Shown here: positions 10,332 to 22,302 of the stretch, piece after piece
How the letters are laid out: each line of letters starts with the position of its first letter
How positions within the stretch are numbered: the first letter of the stretch is position 1
Source: Styela clava
Taxonomy: Eukaryota
Direction: 5' to 3'
DNA length: 64,000 bases
NCBI RefSeq assembly: GCF_964204865.1
Contig: NC_135257.1
Span: 3,410,001-3,474,000, forward strand
Program-made: the position numbers and the translations under genes
The notes under the pieces: model-generated
Told to the model about the DNA's origin: nothing
Database searches by the model: none
Seen by the model: only the letters and a program-made list of their open reading frames with translations

Positions 10332-13300
10332 CTGTAAAGATTCGCAAAAACAATTTGATTGGAATAATCATGGAGGCTAAAATTGTTTTGATTCACTTGT
10401 ACGTACTGACTAGAAATACTAAATACGCACTTCTGTTGCGGAATTAAATTATTGAGTCAATTGCAATATGGATTGGATAGGCAGCCTCATTATAATGATA
10501 ATGGTGACGTTTGGCTTTGTCAGTCAGAATAATAGCAATGTCTCAGACTATTTGTAACGCAATTTGCCTCTTTGGGATGTTGCACGTCGTTTTTAACAAT
10601 CATGTGTACAGGTAGATTCAGTATATTTGCTCGGCATACATCCAAAGATTTCTACTCAAAGAGTTAGTCATACTACTAACAGCGGCACAAGCATTAAGTA
10701 ACAACTAACGCAAGACTTACCCTATTTGGCTTTACAGCATTTGTCGAAAGTTGGTCGAAAATGTTTATTCGCCACTGGCTTGGCAATAAAGTCGTCGACA
10801 ATCTTTTCACATATTCGTACTCTCGATTCAGTCGTTCAAATTCATGATCCAGTTGCATCACCTATGTAATGTAATTTGAGATTTTATGTTGAAATAAAGT
10901 ATATATAAAAGAATGCAATGGAGAAAAATCTTCAATGGAGGTTACCAGTTTTCTTGCATTATAATAGGAATCTTTTTCATCCTCTTTCTGTTTCTCTAAA
11001 TCCAACGCAGCCTTTCGAAACTTTATCAACTTGTTTTTCAAATCTTGTATCACTCCAAGTTCCTGCTCAAAACCTCCTCGTAACCACATTTCTTCTTTTA
11101 AGTCAAGTCGTTTTTTGTGTTCCTGTTATTATCAAGAAATAAGTTTCACACTTTCGATATATTTGCACAAAGATTTCATTCATATATATGTTACAATGAG
11201 CCGCAGCGATTGTCTAAATTTCACAATACAGTTAAAATAGGAAAACCCTCACTTCTAGCCTGGCAACTTCTGCTAATATAGTGTTTAGTTCCCTCAATTT
11301 TTCTTCTCTCTTCCTCATATTGAACTCAAGCTTTTCTTTGCGTTTATGCTGAACCATCTTCTTGTATGTATCAGTTTTTTCATGAAGACTGTTTTCGAAA
11401 AAAGGGTATGATTGGAAAAAATTTTTTAAACTTTATCTGTTGTGTACTTTTAAAAATAAAACTTATCTCTTTTAAAACTAATATATGACGCAACAAAACA
11501 GCATTATTTTGTTCCATTCGTCATTTTCCTATGATGATCGAAAACATGTTTTCTATTTTGTTAATTAATAAGTTTGTCACATACCAATGTAACGTATAAA
11601 AATGGTATGATATCAGATATATATATAAACATATCAATATTTCATTTCAAAATACTGAGGCAGAATAAAACTTTTGTATCCTTACTATTTGATTGTCGTG
11701 TCCAGTGATTTGATCTCTAATTTCTTCTCGTCGGCGCCATCGGATAATTCTTCTATCTTGTCGGTACATGTGTTATAAACTTCCCGAAATTCTGTTGAAG
11801 CTAATGAAATTTCTCTTTCTCTGAGTTCGCGTTCTACTTCAGTTATATCGTATTTGCTGATTCTGTATTTTAAGGAAAAACACATTATTGCATATTGATT
11901 GAACAATATCAGAAAATTGTGAGATTCTGCAAGTAAATGTATGAATTAAATCAATTACGTTTTGAGCTACTTTTTGTGTAGTACTCAATTACTTTCTATT
12001 CGTTTGTATCTCTCTGGTAAAATGAAATAGATTTCTAATATTTCCTCACAAACTGTTTTATAGAATCTTCGAAAGTAGCATAATACAGCCATCTATTGAA
12101 AAAGTTAGTTCAATAGGATTTACGCTGGGAGCAATGGGATAATATTTCTGTTTAGGATAGGATTTACATATTTATTCCTGGGAAAGCCGATAATACGACC
12201 TAATTATATGGCGAACCACGGTCTCTCGTCCGGTTATCAGTCTATGTCGGGGATGGTATTGGTTAGCCAGGTATGTGTTTTCAGATGCACGGGCTTGATG
12301 GTGGAGGAAGCCGTAATGAATAGAAATTAACTACCATATAGTAGTATTTTGTCAGTAGCTCATATTAACAAATATGAACATTTACCTGATACGACTTTCC
12401 AAATTCTTAATCGTTTCCTTTTTCTCATCGAGTTGTAGAACGGATGGTAGTTGAGAACGACGTTCCTCAACACTCGAGAATTTACCAGCGAACCTAATTA
12501 AGTGATTAAATAATATTGTCCATATGAATGTATAATGACGTGTATATATGACTCAACATTGACACAGATTAAAAATTAAGAAAATTCATAAAAAATAATT
12601 GATTTAATGCAACTGAATAAGCTACAAAGGACACCATCGCCGACATACCTGGCATGCATTCTCCATACTGTGGACAAATCTGTCATCTGGCAAAGTGTGT
12701 CGTGCACTTGTCGCAAAATCGATATCACGGGAAATTTATTTTCCACCTCCGTATGGTTAGGACTGTCCAGTACAACCTCGTTATTATCACTTAGCAGTCT
12801 TGCACACAAATCCTGAATACATGAAATTGGCGGTATATACGGTATATTGGATTAATCTAGAAACGTATGCGTTCATCATCATATAACGTTTGATAACCAT
12901 CGTTTCCTTTGTTTTAGTTTTGTAGCATACCTGAAGCTCTAACATTTTGTCTTTTGTTTTATTGACTTCATCGTGTTCAATGTCGTAATTTTCCAATAGA
13001 AAATATATGATATATTCTCCAAATCTCGCAAGCAACGTCCCATAAAAGTCGACCTTGTTCAGAAAAGTTTTCAATCCTCTTGTCGCAGCATTCTCCGGTT
13101 TTGCTTCCGGTGCATGGTTTGTGTCGATATTTCTCTATGATGATGATATCATACCATGAAAATAGTATATTGAAGTAAAATTGTAAGCACAAGTGGATTG
13201 GAACATTCTAACAGCTTGGGAGTTTAGACATAAACTTCAAATAACGCAGTGGGATTTCGAAAAATGCATCACTCTTGGTGTCGCAGCACGGTGTCTCGAA

Positions 13301-14425
13301 AATGTCGTGTCCAAATGTCCCACTTGCGTCCCAAGTAAAAATAGTTCGCAGACAACTATTTTATCCCGTCAGTTACTTACGATCCAGATGATAATTTGGC
13401 TAAATATTATCGGAATATCAGTATCAAAATACCGGCAATATCGGCTTTTTGAAATATCGGCGTGTCGATATCAGTACAGATATCGACGATAAAAGCGATA
13501 TCGGTATAGCTTAATGCATGTATCAAATGTTTGAATAGTTATTACACTACTTTAATTTAATCAGGTATAGTTCATCTATAGCCTACGTCAATTTTCACAA
13601 CCTTTGGACAAGTGGGACACGTAGAACAAGTTGGACACGTGAGACACGACATTTTTAGACACCCGCGTCGCAGTAGGTATTATATAGCCAAGTCATGTAA
13701 GGCTTCCTTGAGGCCATTTACAAACATTTTCCACTGAAATTTAACCAGTAAGTCGTATACGCGAAACACAGAAGTTCTACACTTCTGCCGTTGGTTAACA
13801 TTCTAATATCTCGGTAAAACGTCTTATAAAAGGATGATATCACTGGTATGTTAGTCGTTGGATTAACAGATATTAGATTTCTTTCTGGGCAACAAGTGGC
13901 GAATCTTTCTGTACCCGAAAAAGTCTTCTTAACTCTGAAGTCACATCCATATTTCGTTACGTCAAGACTGATATTAGCGAACATGAACCTAGCGTTAGGT
14001 GCCCTATTTTCCAGTTTCTGTACACCACACCGTAAAATCTGCGTTGAGAATGGTGATAATTCCTATACGTAGCATAATTATTTAAAGTGCCACCGTAGGA
14101 TACAAATGTAAGGAGAGAGCACAATTTGTTATCCTACCTTGGTTTCCCAGGCAAACCATTGCCTGATTTGACGAATACTGTCACAAGTTTTATAATCTAG
14201 GAAATACTGTCTTCTTCGCTGAGATATAGCAGTTATTGAACGTCCAACTTCTTCTAGTGCATGCAGACTAACTTTTGTTTTTTCTCTGGTAAGTGTGTGA
14301 CGGTACATGTGCTCTTGTGCTTGAAGTCGAAGATCTATATCGCTGTTTTCATGTGTCACCTCCTTTGTTGTCATTTTGTTTCTTTTGAATTCTGATCCCT
14401 GGAATTTATGAGAATGTAGACGCAT
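9366..14425 (-). CDS. Multi-exon gene: coiled-coil protein with a C-terminal, catalytically inactive caspase (peptidase C14A)-like domain, roughly 820-910 aa
   Basis: Phase-consistent GT-AG exons (minus): 14425-14138, 14062-(donor unresolved, ~13960 to ~13720), 13134-12931, 12812-12649, 12493-12386, [12013-11993 possible micro-exon], 11862-11686, 11388-11253, 11122-10946, 10861-10721, 10331-9366. Middle exons are E/K/R-rich and heptad-like. The last exon has caspase landmarks YQMSQPKGVAMIINN, LGF, CPALVEKPKVFI, PWHVQVL and SLKKKVYLMP. Confidence 0.8.
12154..12316 (-). mobile_element. SINE-like fragment in an intron of the pseudo-caspase gene
   Basis: Homologous to 267-435; the minus strand ends GTAAATCCTATCCT. 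Confidence 0.7.
13289..13666. mobile_element. MITE with ~23-bp TIRs and ~9-bp TSD (Mutator-like), containing an ATCGG-rich nested fragment (~13405-13510)
   Basis: CGGTGTCTCGAAAATGTCGTGTC ... GACACGACATTTTTAGACACCCG. Flanks are GTCGCAGCA (13280-13288) and GTCGCAGTA (13667-13675). GGACA subrepeats are present. Confidence 0.75.
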
Positions 14426-17400
14426 TCAATGTTGTTTTCAAACAAACAATTACAAGATTGCTAATTTCTCTTAGAATAGACAATATTATCACCCAGACTT
14501 TCAAATTACAGCGCAGCGAAAATTTGGATTCATTCGTGGGTTTCCCGAATTTTCACTGAACATATTTTGAGGGCGCGAATTACAAAGTGCTCCTGTGAAA
14601 AGGCAAAAGTCGTAATTTTTGAAACCTCTGGTAATAACACGTTTTTATATGAGCCAGCTTGTCGTTGAGCATTTTCTATTTGAAAATAACGAGAATACTC
14701 ACCAACATAGAATTCTCTCCGTCTTCTTGATATAAATTGCTTTGGGTGTCCATCTGGTTCATCACAATAATCGGAGCATTTGGTCAACACAGAATGATTT
14801 TATTACAGAATAAAGTTTGTACCGAATTAACACATCAGTGGTTGGTATGTTCGCAGATTTTTTAAACCTTTTGTGTTGCATCCCCTTGAAATCATTCAAT
14901 TATTTAAATGGTCATTTACAAATAACTGTACACTCGCCACCAGTGTGCTCGATAACTACTTCATATATAATATCAGGAAAACTGTATTTGATATAAAACA
15001 GTTTAAACGAATACGATGAAAAGCTATATCTATCGGTATTTTGTAGTATATATATCAGGCTACGCTAGCCGGTGCTCGATAATATGAAGCCCCGATGCTC
15101 AGATCAACCTTGCATTAAAATATTCCTATATTAGGCATACCTGGAGTTGCATTATAAGATTGATACAATCTATGCTACGATTTTTCGTTACAACCTTGTA
15201 ACTGACCTGAAAAGCTATATGCTGTCCTTATTATTTAATACTTTGCTTTTAAAATCAGTGATCATATTTATACCAGTGATAAATATGTTTATTTTTTGAA
15301 AATACCGTATATATCATACTGACATATTTTACAAAAAAAAAAAACATTTTTACTGCCTTATCACAAGCTATCTAGATACTACCGAAAAGGTTGACCAAGC
15401 ATTATGAAGCCCACAATCAAATCAAGTTAGTACACAAATATTCCAATATTGAAAATGATAAAGTAAATTTATGAACTGAAACACTCTTATTACGATGGTG
15501 TTGACACAATTAAAGTGCGTGTGGGTAAAGCAACATCACGCTGTAGTTAAACTTATGGAATATAACCAAACTTTTACAGTTAATTAACATGATAACGTTA
15601 CAAAAATCAATTATCAATGATCGACTATGTTGTATAAAGTAAATATATTTCTGAATTTGAAGCATTGCCGACCACCGATGCGTTCAAAAGATTTTATTTA
15701 CGCAAAGTCTAGTAAACTGTGCGAATACAACAATATTCAACTTGTTTATACAACATCTGGTAAATAAACCAAACACCGTTGCCTTTCGGATCAAAGACTT
15801 TCAAACAAGTCAAGGAAGCAGCGGAGTCTGGCAATGAATTTGAGTTTGATATGGCAGCCTATAGTGACTACGGAAGAATGCATAGGAGTTGCCTTTGATT
15901 ACACTCTCTATTTTTGACCAAAACCCTACCAACAAGTCATAAACAAGTTTTGCATCAAGCGTCGTTTCACTATTTTCAAAATCTAAATATGATGGTATGA
16001 CACTGGTTTAAATCATTGAACATTTGATATATATATTATATATAAATTTGTGGAAGAGCATGGTGTTACAGTGTATGTTCAAAACGGTTTTATTTCAAAC
16101 TAACCTAAATTATATAAGATAATAATCTTGCGCCAAGTAAGTGCTTGACTTGATGCATTTCCTTTTGGTAAAATAACGTTACTGACATGCTGGATATGGC
16201 CTAATATGTCAAGAGCCCTCTGTTCGCCACTCATTGCTATATGATATTATGTTTTATATAATAAATAATATGTTATAATGATATCTACTCCACATTCTTG
16301 CATGCTAGGGAATTACATACCTACTTGAAACGGAATTAGAAAAATCTAATTACACTTAATTAATCATACCAAAATTTGTAATAAAACTATATAACACAGA
16401 GATAAATGAACTCTGTCGCTGCAACAGGGCTCAGTAATTTCTAATCTGTCAAGCAATAACACTCATTGTAACTAACAGTCTGGTATAGGCATCGCAAATT
16501 TTATTTGAGATAAATATCAATAGCACCGTTTTACTTCCATTTCCAGGTTTAAAATAATATAATACACCAATAATTGAACAACCTATATATAATAAGAAAA
16601 ACTACTGATTTGAATTGCTTTCATGGAAGCTATGCTAAAAAATAAATACAATTCTAGCTTTGTTCTTCTTATTCTCTCATACCTTTTGCTTAATTTTTGT
16701 TGAATCAAAACCGTTTGTAATTACTTGCCTTCACTGGCCATTTTTCTGGTATCATTTTTGACGGGATGATGCCAATATACAACGTAGTCGTATTAGTGAA
16801 ACGTATTGCTTCTTGTCCGTCTACTATTCTTACGCTATTATACGTATCTACACCTTTATTATGTTTTGGCTGATATAGAATTACGTTTTCGTGAATGTAA
16901 AAATGTTCTTTGGTCGATCTTCTATTGTTTGCGGAAACCGAATTAATTCTAGTATTGTGATCAAATTTTATTAAAGTTAGGATACGCCGGATGAACGACT
17001 TTTGGAATTGTACTCTTTGTGAAATTATATAGGCCTACAAGGTTTTTCAGAGGAGTATCACAACGAATCTTCATTTTCGAATAAATTCCTATTCGTGTTG
17101 TGTTTGTTAGTTGAATGCAGCTAATAAATGTGGTTCATACTTTATGCCAAATAAAAAATAAATTGGCGAATTGGTGGCTATAAGCTGGGGTAACGCGAGA
17201 CTAATTATATATCCTTCCTTATGCCTTCTTTATGCAATTCTGAGTTTTTGATCGTTGGTATAAAAATATATAATATGAATTTGCAAAAATTACAATTCAA
17301 AATTTGGCCAATTACAGTTGAATATCATCGGTAAGTCAATCTTCAGACTATGGATCTAGCTTTATCCGGTAGGTGTCGCTAGTAAACAGATTTCTAGGTA

Positions 17401-18080
17401 CGCTGCAAAAGTGGTGACTGGTGAACAACTCAGCATTTCGATATTTCTTTTTAAATTGAATTAATATTCACGAAGAAAATTACAAATTGCCACACTAAAC
17501 TGACAAAATAATTGATAAAATGGAAATAAAAGTTAAATTCTGTAATTATATCTTCGGAAAAGATTTCGGAAAAAGCTGCTTTTGTCGTTACAGCGAATGT
17601 AAGCTTGGAAGTAGTTCACAGCACATATATATATAGTCATTGAAGTCGATGTCATCAGCGTCAATACACCAATACTCTCAAGAGCATGTTCAGTTTCTCT
17701 CTAGCTAAAATATATGAGGTTGACTACACTCTTTCGCGTACAACTTGATTATTCGCTCGCTGTGATCACAAAATAAATATTCCCCTTTTCTTAAACATAC
17801 TTCACCAATTTCGTGATATAAAACACTCATGTTCTCAATTTATATGATAAATTTTACGTGATTGAAAGCAGTATTTCCAATTTCAAGGGTTCAGTAACTC
17901 AAAGTGTTCTTAGTCACATCTTTGGTTCGAATCCCTTCCAGAATTCAATTAAAAATTTAAAATTATCCCCCCATACCACAAAACGAACACGTGAATTGTA
18001 CTTGCAAACGCTTAGAACACTTTAACTAATTTTGTAAGTGATTATTCTGAGTAATGATTGAATTAGTCAGAGGGGATGTG

Positions 18081-18383
18081 TTATTACTTATCGATTTTAA
18101 TCGGTAAGTATGTTGATAAGGTATTTGGCTGTCTGTATGTCTGTTAAATGCACGTAATATCTCACGAAAACGAGATTGAATCTGCTCCGGATTTTGCATG
18201 TGCATTCATCATATCTCGGACCAGAAGCCTATTGATTTGGGGCGAATTATGTCGTATAATTAGCGAGTTATTAATTAATTAGTGATGGGACACAGGGTGT
18301 CACTATAGAGTAAGAGCGCTGTTTTGGGATCCCCTAATTTTCGATCGATAAGTCTTCGGTCTCTGACTGATATTCTCGTGTTT
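18081..18383 (+). mobile_element. Helentron-associated non-autonomous element (HINE/DINE-1-like)
   Basis: 5' palindrome TACTTATCGATT-TT-AATCGGTAAGTA, short CTGT microsatellite, 3' subterminal inverted repeat ATCGATAAGT followed by hairpin TCGGTC-TCT-GACTGA, and T-rich ends. This matches the established HINE layout. Confidence 0.7.
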
Positions 18384-20280
18384 AAATTCATTAAGTTAAT
18401 ACTGTATTTTTTATGGTAACATTTAGTCTGTTGTCTGCAATAATTAGTTTATTTGAAATGATTTTATGCGAGCAGTTTGCTTCAAATACAGTATGGCATT
18501 GTATTCCAAGTGACAGATCGAAAATGAAAATAGCCGAAGCAGTAAATAATATTGCCAAAGAGGTTCCAAGTTTCTCAGACAAGCGGCGATTCTCTTTTTC
18601 AAACAACTAAAAATATATATATACTAAAAAACTGAAATATTTATTCTGGCAGTTTATTTTGTAGCTGTTAACGAAACTGATGCCCATTATTTTTTAACAA
18701 ATTTGTAAACAAAGCAATTGTGGTTACAATAAATTAATGAGAATGTAAATGAAGATCAAATCAAGAGAACATCGGACATTCTAATATCTTCGTGACAGTT
18801 TTAATGACTTTAATTTTGATGCATTGTCGACAGCATGCCTGTGAGAGCGAATATCAAATGAAACTACTCGTGAAACAAAATCCGGAGAAATGAATATTTG
18901 CCGACGAAATATTCAGAAAGCAAACCAGTCATGGGAGAAAGAATCAGACTCATCAAACCCACAGGGTCTATATGTCGTTTTCATATTTTTAATACGAGAT
19001 TCCCTGACTATAGTGAGACAATGAATTCGTATTCTTAACTATGCTTTGTCTGCGTAATGCATTTGTTTCGGTTAATTAGATTTGTCTCTATCACATCTGA
19101 CAGTATTGAGATTGATGAAATAGCTGAAAAATTGCAAGCCCGACATAAAATCAACGGCTATAAATATTGCATTTTTTATTCAAATTTATTATTCTATGTA
19201 CAAATATGTAGCTAAAACACCCCAAAAAAATTTATCGCTCGCAAAGAAGTCTGTGACGCGACTTCGTGTACATTAGCACTGTTACATATTCGTCATTTCT
19301 ACTTTATACAAATCCCATGCAATGTACGTCTATTTTACAATATGATATGTATGACTAAATTGTCTATTCTTGTGAGTAAGCTCAAATGATGAGTAAATTC
19401 CGTCAAGTGATCCTATCCGCTAACATTTACGGTAAAAGTATTACAAATACTTTTTCGGAAAATACTATTTGAATATTCGATTCAAACTTAACAGCAAATA
19501 ATGGCCTGTTTTGTTTGTTTCTGCGACGGCAGTATTCCCCATTTGTCACAAAACTGGCATCATTTCAATGGATGACGACTTTGTGTAACGCTGCGTCAAA
19601 CAATGGCTTTGCGGGTTTGCAGGCAATTTCCGCAGTCATTGGCGCCAGTATTGTCCAAAATTCTCACAAAGAGTCTTTCCTCTTGAAAATGTCATGTATT
19701 TTCATTTCTTTGTTCTAAACCTAAAGCGTTCACCCTAGTACGTACAAAACATGCATTACAATTAGGTGATGAAAAATTGCTGTATAAATACAGGATAATT
19801 CTCAAAGCTAAATTTAATTACACAGTATTTCTGCTTCGAAAATGGGGGGCTATGTTCTTACAAAAGTTCATTTTTTAAGATTGAGGTAAATATTTTGATG
19901 CATATGTTTACTAATTGAGAATGACAGTAATCGAATAGTAGGATGACTCAAATAGTTGGTATTTTAGTGATCCTCCCTAACTTTGCTCGGAGATGAGTCT
20001 CATTTACTTCTGAGTGTGCGTATCCTTCCTTTCAGACTAAATTTACTTACATAAAGGAACATATAAAAAGTTCCCCAACCCCAATGTTATTAATAGACAT
20101 TCTCCGCAAGATATGAAATTCGGTACACTCATACAATATACCAATGCATTTCAATTCCAATCTGTATAGACTCAAAATCATTCCATAATGAACTGAGAAG
20201 TACATTATATATTACATAGTAAACTACCTTCAAAGTTTGGGATTTTCATCAAAGATTGATAGTCTGTATAGAATTGATTG

Positions 20281-20775
20281 GATTTGGTTATAGGTTAACT
20301 AAGGGTGGTCCAAGGTTGTCAGCTCCGCGGGCCACAAAATTATTTTTGCATTGCTCGCGGGCCACAATAATGCCAAGAATGGGTAAACAGTGCAATACAA
20401 AACAAACACTTTTATTGTGCAAACACATAGTTATCAGACATAGCCATTCAAGGCTAATAGAATCCGCATTAGATTTTCAGTTTTCTATGATGCCTATATT
20501 GTTAGCATATTTTCGACCAAAAAGATAGAAAGGCAGATAATAATTTAGACTGCCAAGCACATCACATAACTTCGCTAGTAGCCTCAACTAGCCATAACAC
20601 TAGTCAAATCAGTGACATTATTGATGTAACAATATGTAAAAAGATTTTTCTGAATAATTTTATTAAAAAAAACACAAAATGCTATTTTTTGATTACTCTC
20701 CGAATGTGACGCGGGCCACAGATAATGAAGCGGCGGGCCACATGTGGCCCGCGGGCCTGGGTTTAGACCACCCTG
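20281..20775. mobile_element. hAT-family MITE
   Basis: TIRs (A)AGGGTGGTCCAA ... TTAGACCACCCTG, repeated GCGGGCC subterminal motifs at both ends, and 8-bp flanks GGTTAACT/TGTTAGCT (6/8 match). Confidence 0.8.
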
Positions 20776-22017
20776 TGTTAGCTTATGTAGGTGGGATTCG
20801 GTTATAACAGTTGTAAAAAAAATTGAATGGATAGTTGTGTTTAAAAGGCTATTAACAAGTAATCTTATATCACTACAATGGAATTTTAATCTTAACAAGC
20901 GTTTTATCAAAAATGATTTGAAGACGAGAAGTGTTGCACGGGCACTGCGGTCCAAGGTTATTCATAGCATGAATTTATTATTTTAAATTGCAAAGTTGGC
21001 TAAAAAACAAACAGAAAGGTCTATAATAATTAGCTGTCGAAAGACTTCGGAAACTGCGAATTCGCTATGTCAGTGAAATAGGAAGATTGAATTCAATTTC
21101 ACGAAGTTGTAAAACCTTTGTTAACAGGGAGGAACTTATTCAGTGCCCATTTTAGAAAACTTTTGATGAGACACTAGCAAAAATGTAAACTTTAGAACGG
21201 TGTGCATCTATATCCACATCTTATATATATATATATATGTGTTGGGTGTCTCACGATTGTACGTAAAATTCGTTATATATATTATACGTATTTCGGCGTT
21301 CAGTGTCCGTGTTGCTTTCATTGTGCTTTTGAGGTATAATTTAAAGATGTGCTTTATGGTCTGGCAGCCAAGACTTTGACAAAAGATCAAGAGTCGTTAT
21401 TTCGAAAATTGAAGATGTTTCCTGATAGATCACGGATAGTCTATACTTTCTTATTCAAAGCCCATTTCTATCTTAATTTTATTCTCTACATAGACTTTAT
21501 CTAACGCATGTTAACTATTACTACGAATGATTTTTGAGTTTGGACAAAATCGTTTCTTTTATGTTTGTGGCCAATTTTGCCACCACCCTAAGTTGTTCTG
21601 TCGTTGAATAAGTTAGAAATTCCGGTCGATGGCGCTATGTAGTCTTCTTGTATAGCATTTGGCAAACCGTCTCCCTGCAAATACAGAACATGCCCATTGT
21701 GTTGTCCAAAGTCTAATAATAGGAAAACAGGAAATGATAACAACATATTATGTACTCGAACATATTTACAGAAATGTATAAAAACAATTTGCAATATCGT
21801 CATAAATTGAGACAATACAGAATAAATGAGAAATGCACAAACGCGAAACCATTCAACAGGGAAAATGCTACCGGCATTCTTATTATATCCATTCTGCTTT
21901 TTGAATGAATTACAACAACTGACTGTGCAAACTTATAAGAAAGGAAGTTTGTCAGTGGAATGTAATGTGAAAGACAAGAAGAAACCAGCATACTATTTCG
22001 GAAAATAGACAGAATGT

Positions 22018-22302
22018 ATTGTTCGCACGTCCTCCCATTGTTCACGAGGAATCCTAAAGTTCGCATCTGAGATCACATCCCGTTATTCCCGTACCGTGTT
22101 GACATTCAAATAGAGAAAATAATACCTTTGTGAGGTCATAGGAACAATGACTGTGTAGTCGAATTTCGCAACAACAGAAAAGACCGGCTATCATCTTCCG
22201 CCTTTAAGTCGAAGTGCTCAGTCATCATTGTTCGCAAAGCGATTCGTATTGTTTGTGAGATCGACCCAGAGATCACATCAGCAGTATGTCTGACAAACAA
22301 AG
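22018..22302. promoter_or_regulatory. Candidate upstream enhancer: cluster of 7 SOX/HMG-type motifs
   Basis: ATTGT/ACAAT at 22018, 22037, 22144, 22227, 22248 and CTTTGT/ACAAAG at 22126, 22297; ~7 kb upstream of the SoxD ATG. Confidence 0.45.

Noticed and set aside
14530-14790. 86-aa minus-strand ORF upstream of the pseudo-caspase ATG
   Set aside because: Non-ATG start, ends in a stop codon, and no donor linking it in frame could be established.
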